A stretch of DNA of 47,195 nt from Sulfurimonas autotrophica (GCA_015662405.1 DQUE01000153.1:1-47195), one strand, 5' to 3'. Positions 28,194 through 40,411 are shown, numbered from the stretch's first letter. Notes: generated from the sequence alone by a model not told the origin. Translations and numbers: made by a program.

Positions 28194-28952
28194 TCACGCA
28201 AGAGATAAAATTTCAGCTTTACCGTCTACAACTGCGACAGTGTGCTCATAGTGTGAACCGCGTAAACCATCGGTACTAACAACATCCCACCCATTCTCTA
28301 AAATAACAGGCTTTGACTCTTTTTGACATATCATAGGTTCCAAACAAAAAACCATACCATTTTTTATTTTTGGTCCAGATTTTGCATTTCCACCCACTAA
28401 ATAATTTGGAATTTCAGGTTCTTCATGGGGCTTTTTACCTATTCCATGTCCACAAAAGTCTCGTAAAGGAGTAAATCCACGCTCTTGTATAAACGCTTCG
28501 ATAAGAGAGGAGAGTTCTTTAAAACGCATTCCTTCTTTAATATTTTCAATAGCATAGTATAAAGTATCTTTTGCACAAGCAATTAAATCTTCATCTTCTT
28601 TTGTAATTGCTCCGACACCTACACTAATTGCAGCATCACCAAACCAACCATCTAGCTCAACTCCAATATCATAACCTATTATATCTCCCTCTTGGAGCTT
28701 ATAGTCACTTGGAATACCATGAATAATAACTTCATTAAGTGATGTGCATACTGCATTTGGAAAGCCGTACAAACCTTTAAAAGAGGGCTTTGCAGCATGA
28801 GAAAGTATATACTCTTCTGCCATAGCATCCATCTCCTTTAAGCTCATACCTACTTTGGTATTTTTACGAAGAAGTTCAAGTGCACCACCAACAATTTTGT
28901 TAGCAGCGCGAAGTTTTTCAATCTCTTGAGGTTTTCTCAGTGCTATAGCCAT
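28194..28952 (-). CDS. map: Methionine aminopeptidase type I
   Basis: HGIP, GD.A, GHGIG..PHEEP, LEPMI, HYEHT. Confidence 0.97.
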   Translation of the reverse strand: MAIALRKPQEIEKLRAANKIVGGALELLRKNTKVGMSLKEMDAMAEEYILSHAAKPSFKGLYGFPNAVCTSLNEVIIHGIPSDYKLQEGDIIGYDIGVELDGWFGDAAISVGVGAITKEDEDLIACAKDTLYYAIENIKEGMRFKELSSLIEAFIQERGFTPLRDFCGHGIGKKPHEEPEIPNYLVGGNAKSGPKIKNGMVFCLEPMICQKESKPVILENGWDVVSTDGLRGSHYEHTVAVVDGKAEILSLA

Positions 28953-28954
28953 TG

Positions 28955-30217
28955 CTACAGACCAACTGCACTAAGGGTTTCATATTTACTCATATATATC
29001 TGAGCCTCTATTTTTCTCATAGTATCAAGTGCAACCTGAACAACAATTAAAACTGCCGTACCACCAAAGAAAAACGGCACACCCATACCCTTTATAATCA
29101 TAAATGGTAACGTTGCAACCAAACCAAGGTAGAGTGCTCCAGTAAACGTCAATCTGCTTGCTGTTTCATTTAAAAATTCTCGTGTAGCATCTCCAGTACG
29201 AATACCTGGAATAAACCCGCCTTGACGCTTCAAGTTATCAGCAATATCTTTTGCATTGAATGTAATAGAAGCATAAAAAAATGCAAAAAACACAACAAAT
29301 ACAAAAGTTAAAAAGTTAAAAAAGTAACTATTTGGATTCAAATAGTCAGCGATCGCTTGTATAGTAGGGTTTGTACTACTTGAAAGCACTGTCATAGGAA
29401 ACATCAAAATAGCACTTGCAAAGATCACGGGAATTACACCAGCTAAATTCACTTTAATAGGAATATAATTCATAACACGCTTATTTTGGTTTTGCATCAT
29501 CGTCTTTTTCGCATAGGTAACAGGAATACGACGCTCACCAAGTTCAACATAAATAATAACTCCTACAGTTGCAAGAATAAGAGCAACTATTGCGATTACT
29601 GTTATAAAACTCATCGCTCCTGTATTTACCATAGTAATTGTCTGTCCTATAGCTCCAGGAATAGCTGAAACAATTCCTGCAAAAATAATTAATGATATAC
29701 CGTTACCAATTCCATTTTGTGTTATTTGCTCACCTATCCACATTAACAACATTGTCCCTGCAAGCATTGATACAGCTGAAAGTAGTATAAATGTATTATG
29801 ATCAGCCAAAATTGCAGAGTTTCCTGTTGGTCCGGTGAGGCTTTGTAATCCAACACTTACACCAACTGCTTGAATAATAGTGATAACAATAGTTGCATAA
29901 CGAATTATCTGCATATACTTTACCATACCATCACGCTCTTTTTTCATTTGACCAAGCGTTGGAAATGTTGCAGCTAAAAGTTCCATAATAATTGAGGCTG
30001 TGATATAAGGCATAATACCAAGTGAAATAATTGACAATCTCTCTACAGCATTTCCGCTGAACATATTAAAAAGTCCCAATGCATCTGATTGATGTGAATC
30101 GAAGAAGGAGGCGATAACAGCTGTATCTACGCCTGGCACTGGCACATATGCCAGTAGGCGGTAGATAAATAAAAAACCGATAGTAATAAGTATCTTATTT
30201 ACTAGATTTTTATTCAC
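28955..30217 (-). CDS. secY: Preprotein translocase SecY
   Basis: SLGIMPYITASII, GIGNGISL, AGVIPVIFAS, FIPGIR.G. Confidence 0.98.
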   Translation of the reverse strand: MNKNLVNKILITIGFLFIYRLLAYVPVPGVDTAVIASFFDSHQSDALGLFNMFSGNAVERLSIISLGIMPYITASIIMELLAATFPTLGQMKKERDGMVKYMQIIRYATIVITIIQAVGVSVGLQSLTGPTGNSAILADHNTFILLSAVSMLAGTMLLMWIGEQITQNGIGNGISLIIFAGIVSAIPGAIGQTITMVNTGAMSFITVIAIVALILATVGVIIYVELGERRIPVTYAKKTMMQNQNKRVMNYIPIKVNLAGVIPVIFASAILMFPMTVLSSSTNPTIQAIADYLNPNSYFFNFLTFVFVVFFAFFYASITFNAKDIADNLKRQGGFIPGIRTGDATREFLNETASRLTFTGALYLGLVATLPFMIIKGMGVPFFFGGTAVLIVVQVALDTMRKIEAQIYMSKYETLSAVGL

Positions 30218-30219
30218 AA

Positions 30220-30618
30220 CTAGTTACCCGTTGTTGTAACGTTTTCGTCTTTAATTTTCGATGCTAAATCTTTCGCCTTAGCACCTACTAGTTTAATTTT
30301 AGTCACTGAAGAAGCAACTTTATGAACCGAACGGATACTCTCCATTGTGATTTCATCAAGCTCTGCTACAGCTTTGATTTTTTCAACGTTTATTACATAA
30401 GGCTTCACTACTTTAGAGTGAAAACCAATTTTTGGTAAACGTTTTGCAAGTGGCTGTTGACCACCTTCAAAGTTTCTTTTTCTTTTGTATCCTGAACGAG
30501 ATTTCTGACCTTTTTGACCACGTGCTGCAGTCTTACCAGTGCCAGAACCCTGTCCACGACCAACTCTTTTACGAGCGTGCGTAGAACCTTCGGCAGGTTG
30601 TAAGTTTTCAATACCCAT
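30220..30618 (-). CDS. rplO: 50S ribosomal protein L15
   Basis: [19 protein letters not shown]. Confidence 0.97.
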   Translation of the reverse strand: MGIENLQPAEGSTHARKRVGRGQGSGTGKTAARGQKGQKSRSGYKRKRNFEGGQQPLAKRLPKIGFHSKVVKPYVINVEKIKAVAELDEITMESIRSVHKVASSVTKIKLVGAKAKDLASKIKDENVTTTGN

Positions 30619-30621
30619 TTT

Positions 30622-31065
30622 CTATCCTTTTATACGAGAAAGTGCTTCAATTGTAGCACGTACTAGTGTGTTTGGATTATTTGAACCGATTGATTTTGTA
30701 AGGATATCTTGAATCCCTGCAAGCTCAAGAACAGGTCTTGCTGCTCCACCAGCGATAACACCAGTACCCTCTGACGCTGGTTTCAATAAAACACGGCTCG
30801 CGTTATATTTATGCTCAATATCATGTGCTATTGTAGAGCCTTTAATCTTAACAGTTGTTAAATTTTTAAAAGCATTATCTACAGCTTTACGTATAGCATC
30901 AGGAACCTCTTTTGCTTTACCAACGCCATAACCTACAGTACCATTTTTGTCACCAACAACGATAAGTGCAGTAAAACGGAAACGTCTACCACCCTTAACA
31001 ACCTTTGTTACACGACCAATATTTACTATTGATTCTTCAAAATCATCTCTATTGATTTCCATCAT
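30622..31065 (-). CDS. rpsE: 30S ribosomal protein S5
   Basis: [20 protein letters not shown]. Confidence 0.98.
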   Translation of the reverse strand: MMEINRDDFEESIVNIGRVTKVVKGGRRFRFTALIVVGDKNGTVGYGVGKAKEVPDAIRKAVDNAFKNLTTVKIKGSTIAHDIEHKYNASRVLLKPASEGTGVIAGGAARPVLELAGIQDILTKSIGSNNPNTLVRATIEALSRIKG

Positions 31066-31070
31066 TGCCC

Positions 31071-31427
31071 CTAAAACTTAATTTCGTTTGCACGAAGTGC
31101 GTCACCAAATGCAGCGATAACACCGTGATATTGGTAACCATTACGGTCAAATACAATCTCAGAGATGTTTGCTTCTTTCAGTTTAGCAGCAAATGCCTCA
31201 CCAAGTGCAGCAGCACCTTCTTTATTTGCTTTATGACCAGTAGCCTTTGAGTGTAATGCACAAATTGTTGTTGCAGTTGCATCATCAATTGCTTGTACAC
31301 TTAGGTAACGATTTGATTTAAATACAGAAACACGAGGAAGTTTAGCACTACCAGATATTTTTGCACGGATACGACGCTTACGTTTTAAACGATTCGCAAT
31401 TTTGCTTTTTAATACTTTAGCATTCAT
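31071..31427 (-). CDS. rplR: 50S ribosomal protein L18
   Basis: [19 protein letters not shown]. Confidence 0.97.
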   Translation of the reverse strand: MNAKVLKSKIANRLKRKRRIRAKISGSAKLPRVSVFKSNRYLSVQAIDDATATTICALHSKATGHKANKEGAAALGEAFAAKLKEANISEIVFDRNGYQYHGVIAAFGDALRANEIKF

Positions 31428-31440
31428 CTATCTTCCTCCC

Positions 31441-31977
31441 TTATTTCTTAGCAGTTTTACCGGCTTTACGCACGATATGCTCATCTATGTATTTAACACC
31501 TTTACCTTTATAAGGCTCTGGTGGACGGAATGATCTAATCTCAGCAGCAGTTTGACCTAACATCTGTTTGTCATGACTTTTCAGAGTGATAACATTCTTT
31601 TCAACACTTGCCTCTATACCTTCTGGCAACTCATAATTAATATCATGAGAAAAACCAAGTTGAAGATTTAAAACTTTCCCTTGAACGGCTGCTCTATAAC
31701 CAACACCATTAATTTCCAATTGCTTCGTATAACCAGTAGTTAAACCAGTAACGATATTTTGAGCAAGTGCTCTAAAAGTTCCCCAAAAAGCTCTATGCTC
31801 ACGAGAATCTGAAAGATTTTTAAAAGTTAAAATATTCCCTTCTATCGTGAAAGTAACATATCCTTTTGTATCTAAATCAACAACTTTTTTGCCTTTAGCA
31901 AAAGTGATAACATTTCCATTTGCAGTAACAGTAATGTCACTAGGAAACTCTACAGGGTTTTTTCCAATTCTTGACAT
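31441..31977 (-). CDS. rplF: 50S ribosomal protein L6
   Basis: [20 protein letters not shown]. Confidence 0.98.
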   Translation of the reverse strand: MSRIGKNPVEFPSDITVTANGNVITFAKGKKVVDLDTKGYVTFTIEGNILTFKNLSDSREHRAFWGTFRALAQNIVTGLTTGYTKQLEINGVGYRAAVQGKVLNLQLGFSHDINYELPEGIEASVEKNVITLKSHDKQMLGQTAAEIRSFRPPEPYKGKGVKYIDEHIVRKAGKTAKK

Positions 31978-31986
31978 ACTATACTC

Positions 31987-32385
31987 CTACCATACCGTAC
32001 ACATAACTTCACCACCAATACCAAGCTCATACGCTTTATCGTTTGGTAGAACGCCATGTGATGTACTAACAATAATAGTACCATAACCATTTTTGAAACG
32101 TTTAATATCTTCTTTCCCTTTGTAAACACGTCTACCAGGTTTTGATACTCTTTTCATTTCATTGATTACAGTTTTACCATTTTCATCATACTTTAGTACA
32201 ACTTTAACAGTTTTTTTTACACCATCTTCAATTACATTGCATGATTCAATGTAACCTTTATCTACTAAGATATTTGCTACAGCTTCAACACTCTTAGAGT
32301 GAACTAAAGTTGTAACTGGTAATCTTCTCATACCAGCATTTCGAATACGAGTTAACGCATCAGATACTAAATCATTAATTGCCAT
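31987..32385 (-). CDS. rpsH: 30S ribosomal protein S8
   Basis: [21 protein letters not shown]. Confidence 0.98.
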   Translation of the reverse strand: MAINDLVSDALTRIRNAGMRRLPVTTLVHSKSVEAVANILVDKGYIESCNVIEDGVKKTVKVVLKYDENGKTVINEMKRVSKPGRRVYKGKEDIKRFKNGYGTIIVSTSHGVLPNDKAYELGIGGEVMCTVW

Positions 32386-32457
32386 TTATATATTCCTTAT
32401 TTGTAGTTATCTCATTTACATAAAATAACTGCTGACTGCTAGTAGTTTCCTCTTGGT

Positions 32458-32643
32458 TTACCAAGAAGACTTTCTAACACCTGGTATTAAACCTTCATTT
32501 GCCATTTTTCTAAAACAGATACGACAAATTCCAAAATCTCTAAGTACTGAGTGTGGACGGCCACAAATCTGACAACGTGTATAAGCACGTACTTTAAATT
32601 TTGGAGTTCTCGCAGCTTTAGCTATCATAGATTTCTTAGCCAT
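32458..32643 (-). CDS. rpsN: 30S ribosomal protein S14, Zn-binding type
   Basis: 61 aa; RCQICGR...CRIC. Confidence 0.97.
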   Translation of the reverse strand: MAKKSMIAKAARTPKFKVRAYTRCQICGRPHSVLRDFGICRICFRKMANEGLIPGVRKSSW

Positions 32644-33188
32644 TAGTTGCTCCCTTTAGTAAAAGGCATGCCCATTTTCTCTAACAGAGTAAATGCTGCC
32701 TTATCTGAATCTGCAGATGTTACGATGGTAATATTCATCCCATGAATCTGCATAATCGAATCATAGCTTATTTCAGGGAAAATAAGTTGCTCTTGAAGAC
32801 CAAAGTTATAGTTACCACGACCATCAAATCCATTTCTTGGAACACCACGGAAATCTTTCACACGTGGAAGTGCAATAGATACAAGACGATCAAAGAAATT
32901 ATACATATTTTCACCACGAAGTGTTACACGAACACCTACTGGCATACCTTCACGAACTTTAAAACCTGCAACAGATTTTTTAGCTATTACAGTAGAAGCC
33001 TTTTGACCTGCTATTGTTGTGATAGTATCTTCAATATTTTTAATAAGTTTATTATCTTTCATAGCAAAACCAGCACCTACAGAGATAACAATTTTATCTA
33101 ATGCAGGAGTTTGCATTACATTCTTAATACCAAGCTCTGCTTGAATCTCTGGTTTAAGTGCTAAATACTTTTCTTTTAAACGAGCCAT
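32643..33188 (-). CDS. rplE: 50S ribosomal protein L5
   Basis: [22 protein letters not shown]. Confidence 0.98.
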   Translation of the reverse strand: MARLKEKYLALKPEIQAELGIKNVMQTPALDKIVISVGAGFAMKDNKLIKNIEDTITTIAGQKASTVIAKKSVAGFKVREGMPVGVRVTLRGENMYNFFDRLVSIALPRVKDFRGVPRNGFDGRGNYNFGLQEQLIFPEISYDSIMQIHGMNITIVTSADSDKAAFTLLEKMGMPFTKGSN

Positions 33189-33192
33189 CTAA

Positions 33193-33423
33193 TTATGCCT
33201 CCACTTTACGTACGTTTGAAACATCGATTGGCATCTCTTTTTTAATATGCCCACCTTTTGTGTTCTCTTCAGTTGGCTTAATAGCTTTTTTGGCTATTTT
33301 ACAACCCTCAACAATTACTTTGTTTTTCTTAGGAAAAACCGCAAGTACAACTGCTTTTGTACCTTTGTCATCTCCAGCAATGATTTCTACCATATCGCCT
33401 TTTTTGAAACGAAACTTTGCCAT
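33193..33423 (-). CDS. rplX: 50S ribosomal protein L24
   Basis: [16 protein letters not shown] motif, SNV. Confidence 0.96.
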   Translation of the reverse strand: MAKFRFKKGDMVEIIAGDDKGTKAVVLAVFPKKNKVIVEGCKIAKKAIKPTEENTKGGHIKKEMPIDVSNVRKVEA

Positions 33424-33791
33424 TACACAACCTCCGGAGCAAGAGATACAATTTTCATAAATCCTGCGTAACGTACTTCACGACCAATTGGACCAAAGAT
33501 ACGAGTACCAATAGGCTCTCTCTTGTCATCAAGTATAACTGCTGCATTGTCATCAAAACGGATCAATGAACCATTTTCACGCTGAATCTCTTTATGAGTT
33601 CTCACCACAACAGCTTTTACAACTTTACCTTTTTTCACTTTAGCAGTTGGAATCGCTTTTTTTACAGAAGCAACAATAACATCACCTACTGAAGCATAAC
33701 GACGTTTAGAACCACCAAGTACCTTAATACACATAATCTCTTTCGCACCTGTATTATCAGCTACATTTAAACGAGTAAAACCTTGAATCAT
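33423..33791 (-). CDS. rplN: 50S ribosomal protein L14
   Basis: [22 protein letters not shown]. Confidence 0.98.
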   Translation of the reverse strand: MIQGFTRLNVADNTGAKEIMCIKVLGGSKRRYASVGDVIVASVKKAIPTAKVKKGKVVKAVVVRTHKEIQRENGSLIRFDDNAAVILDDKREPIGTRIFGPIGREVRYAGFMKIVSLAPEVV

Positions 33792-33792
33792 A

Positions 33793-34038
33793 CTACGCTC
33801 CCTTTACAACTGATTTAAGTCTAAAAGATTTAGTCTTTGAAAGTGGACGACACTCAATTGCAACAATCTCGTCTCCAACTTTTACTTCATTACGCTCATC
33901 ATGCACTAGGTACTTTTTGAAACGCTTTACAACTTTATGATAACGAGGATGCATTACACGACGTTCAACAAGTATAGTTACTGTTTTATCGCCTGCAATT
34001 TTAATTACGTTACCTTGAATTTCACGCTTATTTGCCAT
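33793..34038 (-). CDS. rpsQ: 30S ribosomal protein S17
   Basis: [17 protein letters not shown]. Confidence 0.97.
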   Translation of the reverse strand: MANKREIQGNVIKIAGDKTVTILVERRVMHPRYHKVVKRFKKYLVHDERNEVKVGDEIVAIECRPLSKTKSFRLKSVVKGA

Positions 34039-34047
34039 CGCTCGCCC

Positions 34048-34236
34048 CTACTTTGCTACTGCAGCAAGTGCAGTATTAATTCTTGCAATATCTTTTTTAG
34101 CAACACGAAGTTCACTAGTATTTTGTAATTGCATCATCTTCTGTTTAATTTTTAAAGTAAACAGTTCTGTCTTTTTTTCTTTGAGCATTGCTTGAAGCTC
34201 AGCTACATTTTTATCTGCTAAATCAGAATATTTCAT
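34048..34236 (-). CDS. rpmC: 50S ribosomal protein L29
   Basis: [13 protein letters not shown]; conserved position. Confidence 0.95.
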   Translation of the reverse strand: MKYSDLADKNVAELQAMLKEKKTELFTLKIKQKMMQLQNTSELRVAKKDIARINTALAAVAK

Positions 34237-34648
34237 TGTTCATCTCCGCAGTAACAATTTTACATTTGAATGGTAGTTTATGCATAGCAAGAGTTAATGC
34301 TTCACGAGCAAGTTCTTCTGGCACACCACCCATTTCAAAGATTATACGACCTGGTTTAATATTCATTACCCACTGATCAACTGCACCTTTACCTTTACCC
34401 ATACGAGTTTCAAGAGGCTTCGCAGTTAATGGCTTCGCAGGAAATACTCTAATCCAAATCTTTCCTTGTCTTTTAATGTGACGAGTTGCAGAAATACGAG
34501 CCGACTCAATTTGACGTGAGTTAATACGACCAGCTTCTACCGCTTTAAATGCGATGTCACCAAAAGATAATTTATAACCAGAACGAGCATAACCACGGTT
34601 ACGACCTTTCATTACTTTACGATATTTTGTTCTTTTTGGCATTAACAT
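34223..34648 (-). CDS. rplP: 50S ribosomal protein L16
   Basis: [18 protein letters not shown]. Confidence 0.98.
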   Translation of the reverse strand: MLMPKRTKYRKVMKGRNRGYARSGYKLSFGDIAFKAVEAGRINSRQIESARISATRHIKRQGKIWIRVFPAKPLTAKPLETRMGKGKGAVDQWVMNIKPGRIIFEMGGVPEELAREALTLAMHKLPFKCKIVTAEMNNEIF

Positions 34649-34650
34649 GA

Positions 34651-35367
34651 TTATTCAGCCTTTTCACTATTTTCACGTCTAGCTGGTTTTCTACCACGAC
34701 GCTCTTTTTTCTCTTCTTTTGCTTCTGCAGGAATACCTTTTGTGAGTACTTCCCCTTTAAAAATCCATACTTTTACACCGATAATCCCGTATGTAGTATG
34801 TGCTTCAGCGAAACCATAATCAATTTTTGCACGAAGTGTATGAAGAGGAACACGCCCCTCTAGGTACCATTCAGTACGTGCCATTTCAGCACCACCTAAA
34901 CGACCTGCAACTGCAACTTTGATACCCTTAGCACCTGAACGCTGTGCACCTTGCATAACCTTTTTCATAGCTCTTCTAAATGCAACACGACGCTCTAGTT
35001 GCGTAGCAACATTTTCAGCAACAAGTTGTGCTGAAATTTGTGCTTTTTTCTCTTCTTTTATGTTGATAGAGAGTGGTTTACCCACAAGTTTTTGAACAGC
35101 AGTTTTTAGTTTCTCTATATCTGCACCTTTTTTCCCGATGATAATACCAGGACGAGCTGCAACAATAGTTACACGAAGACGCTTCACTGTTCTTTCAATG
35201 ATGATGTTAGAAACACCAGCATAATAGAGCTCTTTTTTCAAATATGTTCTTATCTTGTGATCTTCACCTAAAGCAGCAGGAGCTGATTTAAAGTTAGGAA
35301 ACCATCTTGATTCCCAATTACGGTTGATTCCAAGACGCAAACCAATTGGATTAACTTTTTGACCCAT
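34651..35367 (-). CDS. rpsC: 30S ribosomal protein S3
   Basis: [23 protein letters not shown]. Confidence 0.98.
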   Translation of the reverse strand: MGQKVNPIGLRLGINRNWESRWFPNFKSAPAALGEDHKIRTYLKKELYYAGVSNIIIERTVKRLRVTIVAARPGIIIGKKGADIEKLKTAVQKLVGKPLSINIKEEKKAQISAQLVAENVATQLERRVAFRRAMKKVMQGAQRSGAKGIKVAVAGRLGGAEMARTEWYLEGRVPLHTLRAKIDYGFAEAHTTYGIIGVKVWIFKGEVLTKGIPAEAKEEKKERRGRKPARRENSEKAE

Positions 35368-35368
35368 A

Positions 35369-35686
35369 CTATTTACCCTCTACTTCTACTAAGATATGTG
35401 CTGTTGGTTTACGAATACCAGATGCCATACCACGAGCACGTGGACGGAAACGCTTCAGTACTGGACCATTGTCAACACGGCATGATGTTATTACACAATC
35501 TTCAGCCTCATTACCACTGTTAGCAACCGCAGATGCAATTACCTTAGCAATAATTTTCGCTGCCTTATTTGGAGTGAACTCTAAAGCGGCCATAGCCTCT
35601 TCAGCATTCATACCTTGCACTTCACGTGCAATAAGACGAGATTTTATAGGTGATACACGGATAAATTTTAGTAATGCTCTAGCCAT
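35369..35686 (-). CDS. rplV: 50S ribosomal protein L22
   Basis: [14 protein letters not shown]. Confidence 0.97.
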   Translation of the reverse strand: MARALLKFIRVSPIKSRLIAREVQGMNAEEAMAALEFTPNKAAKIIAKVIASAVANSGNEAEDCVITSCRVDNGPVLKRFRPRARGMASGIRKPTAHILVEVEGK

Positions 35687-35688
35687 GA

Positions 35689-35964
35689 CTACCCCTTCTT
35701 CTGAACAGAGCCCTTATGGCCCTTAAATGTACGAGTTGGTGCAAATTCACCAAGCTTATAACCAATATGATTCTCTGTAACATACACAGGAACGAACTGG
35801 CGACCATTGTGAACATTTATTGTCAAACCAACCATTTCAGGAAGAACCATAGATCTTCTTGACCAAGTTTTAATAGGTTTTTTCTTAGCTTCAGCTCTCA
35901 TAGCCTCCACTTTTTTCATTAAATGATCATCTACGAATGGACCTTTTTTTACTGAACGAGCCAT
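35689..35964 (-). CDS. rpsS: 30S ribosomal protein S19
   Basis: [24 protein letters not shown]. Confidence 0.98.
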   Translation of the reverse strand: MARSVKKGPFVDDHLMKKVEAMRAEAKKKPIKTWSRRSMVLPEMVGLTINVHNGRQFVPVYVTENHIGYKLGEFAPTRTFKGHKGSVQKKG

Positions 35965-35966
35965 TA

Positions 35967-36812
35967 TTAACCTACCCTTTTAGCATTTGGTTTACGGCGA
36001 GTAATAATTAACTTATCACTAGCTTTTTTACGACGAGTTTTAGCACCCTTCGTTGGTTTACCCCAAGGAGTAACTGGATGACGACCTGAGTTCGTTTTCC
36101 CTTCACCACCACCATGCGGGTGATCAATCGGGTTCATTGCAGAACCACGAGTCTGTGGACGAATACCAAGGTGACGTTGGCGACCAGCTTTTGCAATAAC
36201 AATATTAGCAAACTCTTCATTTCCAACAGTCCCAACTGTAGCTAAACACTCACCAAGTACTAAACGCATCTCTGATGAAGGCATACGCAATGACACATAT
36301 TTTCCATCACGACCCATAATTTGAGCAGAAGTTCCAGCTGAACGAACTAACTGTCCGCCTTTACCAACTTTTAGCTCAATATTATGCACAAGTGTACCAA
36401 CAGGAATATTTTGCAGTTTCATCGCATTACCAGGTTTTACATCTAAACCAGACTCTGCTGATTCTACTGTATCTCCAACACTTAAACCTTTTGGTTGTAA
36501 AATGTATCTTTTTTCACCATCAGCATATGTAATTAAGGCAATACGACAATTGCGGTACGGATCATACTCAATTGCAGATACTCTACCAGGAACACCAAAT
36601 TTATTACGTTTAAAATCAATTATACGGTAAAGCTTTTTCGCACCAGCTTGTCTATGACGAGAAGTGATACGACCATTATTATTACGACCAGCAGTTGTCG
36701 GAAGTTTCACCAACAATGAACGAACGCTTGCTTTAGCAGTGATATCTGAACTATCTACATTCGTATAAAAACGACGAGATGGAGTTATCGGTCTATAAGT
36801 TTTAATTGCCAT
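35967..36812 (-). CDS. rplB: 50S ribosomal protein L2
   Basis: [22 protein letters not shown]. Confidence 0.98.
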   Translation of the reverse strand: MAIKTYRPITPSRRFYTNVDSSDITAKASVRSLLVKLPTTAGRNNNGRITSRHRQAGAKKLYRIIDFKRNKFGVPGRVSAIEYDPYRNCRIALITYADGEKRYILQPKGLSVGDTVESAESGLDVKPGNAMKLQNIPVGTLVHNIELKVGKGGQLVRSAGTSAQIMGRDGKYVSLRMPSSEMRLVLGECLATVGTVGNEEFANIVIAKAGRQRHLGIRPQTRGSAMNPIDHPHGGGEGKTNSGRHPVTPWGKPTKGAKTRRKKASDKLIITRRKPNAKRVG

Positions 36813-36813
36813 C

Positions 36814-37095
36814 TTATACCGCCAAACTTTCTATTTGTGCACCTTCAGGTAATGTAACATAAAACTTTTTAAAGTCATTTTGTTTACCCTGTACACCACG
36901 GAAACGCTTTACTTTTCCGCTTTGATTTAGAGAGTTGATTTTTGTTGGAATAATTCCAAAATACTCTCTAAACACCTCTTTAAGACCTGTTTTACTCATA
37001 CGTGGTGATGTTTGTACAACAATAACACCAGCTTCTTGTAAACCTAACGTCTTTTCTGTATATAAAATAGATTTAATATCTGTAATATCAGCCAT
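36814..37095 (-). CDS. rplW: 50S ribosomal protein L23
   Basis: [18 protein letters not shown]; conserved position. Confidence 0.94.
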   Translation of the reverse strand: MADITDIKSILYTEKTLGLQEAGVIVVQTSPRMSKTGLKEVFREYFGIIPTKINSLNQSGKVKRFRGVQGKQNDFKKFYVTLPEGAQIESLAV

Positions 37096-37709
37096 TACTT
37101 AGCCTCACTTGTTAAAGTTTCCCATACAGCTTTTTCTATCACAATTGAGCGATAGTTTGCAGCTAAGTATGCATTTAACTCATTAGATTCAATAACATAT
37201 GTTTGATGTAAATTCTCAAACGCTAAAAATGTCTTTTCATCTAATAAAGATTTCACAAAAAGTGTATCTCTTTGACCTAAAGCTTTAAATATTGCTGCTG
37301 CATCTTTCGTTTTACCAGACTCAACAGAGATAGTCTCAACGATAAAAAGAGTACCATTTTGTGCGTGCTCATTTAAAGCAAAGTTCAAAGCAAGTTTTTT
37401 CTGCTTTTTATTTACTTTTAAATCGTAGTTACGGTTATTTTGAGAACCAAAAGCCTTACCACCACCTACGAATAGAGGAGAACGTCTTGAACCTGCACGA
37501 GCACGACCGCCACCTTTTTGAGCCCATGGTTTTTTACCACCACCACGTACTTCACTTCTACCTTTCGTTGTTGCTGTATTTGCACGTTGTGCAGCTTGAG
37601 CAGACTTTACATAAAGGTAAAGGTTATGAGGGTTAATTCCAGAGAATGACTCTGGTAATGCTAACTCAGATGCTTTTTCCATTTTTTCATTTAAAACGAT
37701 TGCGCTCAT
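37095..37709 (-). CDS. rplD: 50S ribosomal protein L4
   Basis: [26 protein letters not shown]. Confidence 0.97.
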   Translation of the reverse strand: MSAIVLNEKMEKASELALPESFSGINPHNLYLYVKSAQAAQRANTATTKGRSEVRGGGKKPWAQKGGGRARAGSRRSPLFVGGGKAFGSQNNRNYDLKVNKKQKKLALNFALNEHAQNGTLFIVETISVESGKTKDAAAIFKALGQRDTLFVKSLLDEKTFLAFENLHQTYVIESNELNAYLAANYRSIVIEKAVWETLTSEAK

Positions 37710-38299
37710 TATTTAGCTACCTTTACACGACCTAGAGCACCGTTAGCACCTGAAACTGAACCTAAAACCGCAATAATTTTGTTTTCAGCATCGAAAGAAA
37801 CGATCTCATTTTTTACACTATTTTGTGTATTTCCGTATTGTCCAGGCATTTTCTTACCTTTCATTACACGACCTGGCCATTCAGCATTACCGATAGAACC
37901 TGTTCTACGACCAAATCTGTGACCGTGAGATGCAGGACCACCACCGAAATTCCAACGCTTCATACCACCTGAAAAACCACGACCTTTTGTGTTGAAAGTA
38001 GTTTTTAACCTATTAGCTTCTGCTAATGGAGCTAAATCTAAATCACCCGCTTCAGTGTTTGCTACTTCTAATGTAACAAAACGGTTAAATTCAGATGGAA
38101 GGTTGTATTTCTTCTGTTGACCTTCTATTGCTTTATTCATTTTTTTACCGCTGTTGTAAGCGACAATTGCACTTACTGTGCCATCTTCTTTTGCATTTAC
38201 TTCACATACTTTCGCATCTAAAACTCTTAAAAGAGTAACTGGTTTAGATGGAACTGTGATAGTACGGCTCATACCGATTTTTTCAACAATATATTCCAC
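37709..38299 (-). CDS. rplC: 50S ribosomal protein L3
   Basis: [26 protein letters not shown]; GTG start. Confidence 0.97.
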   Translation of the reverse strand: MEYIVEKIGMSRTITVPSKPVTLLRVLDAKVCEVNAKEDGTVSAIVAYNSGKKMNKAIEGQQKKYNLPSEFNRFVTLEVANTEAGDLDLAPLAEANRLKTTFNTKGRGFSGGMKRWNFGGGPASHGHRFGRRTGSIGNAEWPGRVMKGKKMPGQYGNTQNSVKNEIVSFDAENKIIAVLGSVSGANGALGRVKVAK

Positions 38300-38307
38300 G
38301 ACTACTC

Positions 38308-38619
38308 CTATTTGTCCATAGAGCGAACTTCAACGTCCACTTCCGGTGCAAGATCTAGTTTCATTAATGAATCCACTGTTTCCGGTGTTGCAGAAACGAT
38401 GTCGATCATTCTTGCGTGCATACGAATTTCAAACTGCTCACGAGATTTTTTGTTCACGTGAACTGATTTCAATACTGTATATTTACGAATTTTTGTTGGC
38501 AAAGGTATTGGACCACGAATTACGGCACCTGTACGCTTTACAGCCTCTACGATTGACGCTACTGATCTATCTAACACACGATGATCGTAAGCTTTCAATT
38601 TTAAACGAATTTTTTCCAT
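38308..38619 (-). CDS. rpsJ: 30S ribosomal protein S10
   Basis: [24 protein letters not shown]. Confidence 0.98.
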   Translation of the reverse strand: MEKIRLKLKAYDHRVLDRSVASIVEAVKRTGAVIRGPIPLPTKIRKYTVLKSVHVNKKSREQFEIRMHARMIDIVSATPETVDSLMKLDLAPEVDVEVRSMDK

Positions 38620-38640
38620 GTTTTTCCTTCTAAAGAACTC

Positions 38641-38684
38641 GTTGGATCTTAGCCCAACTATTTTAAGGGAGCGAAATTATACTC
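38641..38684 (-). promoter_or_regulatory. S10 operon promoter and leader hairpin
   Basis: gagTATAAT (-10 at 38681-38676); stem GTTGG/CCAAC (38641-38658) in the 5' UTR. Confidence 0.5.
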
Positions 38685-38775
38685 AAAGCGTCATAAATAT
38701 TCAAGGATTTATGCAGTAAAAATTGATTTTTTCTTTAATTTATTTCCTTTTAATAAGGAAATGATACAATTAGTT

Positions 38776-39840
38776 ATGGAAATATTACTCGAAGAATTTT
38801 ACAAAACTGACTTACATGGAGAAAAATATATACAAAGAAAAGTATTTATAGATGAAAAATCATACCAAATTACAGGCATTAGTAAAAGTGGAAAAAGTCG
38901 ATTAGTAAAAAACTATCTTCTCTCGTTAAAAAAAAAGAGCTACTTATATATTAACTGTAAAGACATACGCATTAATGTTAAAGCTCTTAATGAGACACTT
39001 GCTTCCTTTTGCAATCTAAATAAAATTGATACGCTTGTTTTAGATAACTATGACCCAGCAATCAAATTTGTCAATGTATCGCAGTTGATTATTACTAGCG
39101 AGATCCCCTTTGATATTGAGACTTTAGAACATTTAGTACTCTATCCACTTGATTACGAAGAGTTTTTGGCATATGAACATAAATATGACTCTAGTGCATT
39201 AAACCATTTTTTTCAACTTGGTGGACTTCCACCTATGCATACCATATCACCAGATGAAAGAGCTGTTTACCTACAAAATATTTTAAAATCTACACTTAGC
39301 AGTATTGAATTTGACATACTCTGTTTATGTGCAAAATTTATGTCACAAAAACTCTCTGCTTATACATTATATGAAAGATTAAAAACTACACGGAAAATTT
39401 CAAAAGACAAACTCTATGCTTCTTTTAATCTCTTAAAAAAGAAAAATTATATACACCAACTAGCAAAATATAGTCATACTCGTGCAACCAAAAAAATATA
39501 TCTTTGCGACACCTCTTTAAAAAGTGCTTTAAGTCTAGAAAAAAACTTTGCTAAACTCTTTGAAAACATGGTTTATCTTGAACTTTTAAAATCTGCAACA
39601 GAGTGCTACTATGAAGAGGGAATAGATTTTTATATACCTCAAAACGATGCAATAATATTATGCAAACCTTTCATAGATGAAAGGCGTTTATTTAAAAAAC
39701 TAGAAAGTATCGAGGCCTTTATATTTCGCTATGGTATAAGAAAAATTACTGTAATTACAATGAATAAAGAGGGAACTATTTCTCATCCACTCTCAAGTGT
39801 TGATATAATTCCCTTTGATATTTGGGCTTTAGGAGATTAG
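38776..39840 (+). CDS. AAA_14/DUF4143-type ATP-binding protein
   Basis: Walker A GISKSGKS, L.PLDYEEF, GGLP, KKIYLCD, FENMVYLEL. Start at 38776 preferred over 38761. Confidence 0.75.
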   Translation: MEILLEEFYKTDLHGEKYIQRKVFIDEKSYQITGISKSGKSRLVKNYLLSLKKKSYLYINCKDIRINVKALNETLASFCNLNKIDTLVLDNYDPAIKFVNVSQLIITSEIPFDIETLEHLVLYPLDYEEFLAYEHKYDSSALNHFFQLGGLPPMHTISPDERAVYLQNILKSTLSSIEFDILCLCAKFMSQKLSAYTLYERLKTTRKISKDKLYASFNLLKKKNYIHQLAKYSHTRATKKIYLCDTSLKSALSLEKNFAKLFENMVYLELLKSATECYYEEGIDFYIPQNDAIILCKPFIDERRLFKKLESIEAFIFRYGIRKITVITMNKEGTISHPLSSVDIIPFDIWALGD

Positions 39841-39841
39841 T

Positions 39842-40387
39842 ATGAGTATTTTATGTGGCATTGATGAAGCTGGACGTGGACCTTTAGCAGGTGACCTAGT
39901 AATGGCTGGATGTATATTACAAGAAGATATAGAAGGGTTAAATGATTCAAAAAAGCTCACAGCTAAAAAGCGTGAGGCTCTCTACGAATTAATTATTAAA
40001 AATGCAAAATATTCAATTGTAAAATTTTCTGCAAAAGAGATAGATGATGAGGGAATATCTCGCTGTTTACAAAAAGGAGTCAAACAGATTATGCAAAATC
40101 TCAAAGCCGATAGATATATATTTGATGGTAATCAAAACTATGGCATAAAAAACCTCATCACAATGGTAAAGGCTGATGAAAAAGTTCTAGAAGTGAGTGC
40201 TGCTTCAATTCTTGCAAAAGTAACCCATGACAGAGATATTTTACTACAGGCAAAAAAATATCCCCAATACCAATTTGAGAAACACAAAGGTTATGGGACA
40301 AAGCTCCATATAGAGATGATTAAAAAATATGGCTATTGTGCAATTCACAGAAAGAGTTATAAGGTTAAAGCCCTTCTGCCTACTTAA
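39842..40387 (+). CDS. rnhB: Ribonuclease HII
   Basis: GIDEAGRGPLAG, DSKKL, DG, AASILAKV, HKGYGT, HRKS. Confidence 0.96.
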   Translation: MSILCGIDEAGRGPLAGDLVMAGCILQEDIEGLNDSKKLTAKKREALYELIIKNAKYSIVKFSAKEIDDEGISRCLQKGVKQIMQNLKADRYIFDGNQNYGIKNLITMVKADEKVLEVSAASILAKVTHDRDILLQAKKYPQYQFEKHKGYGTKLHIEMIKKYGYCAIHRKSYKVKALLPT

Positions 40388-40411
40388 CACGGAACTTTAA
40401 ACGGTCTCTAT

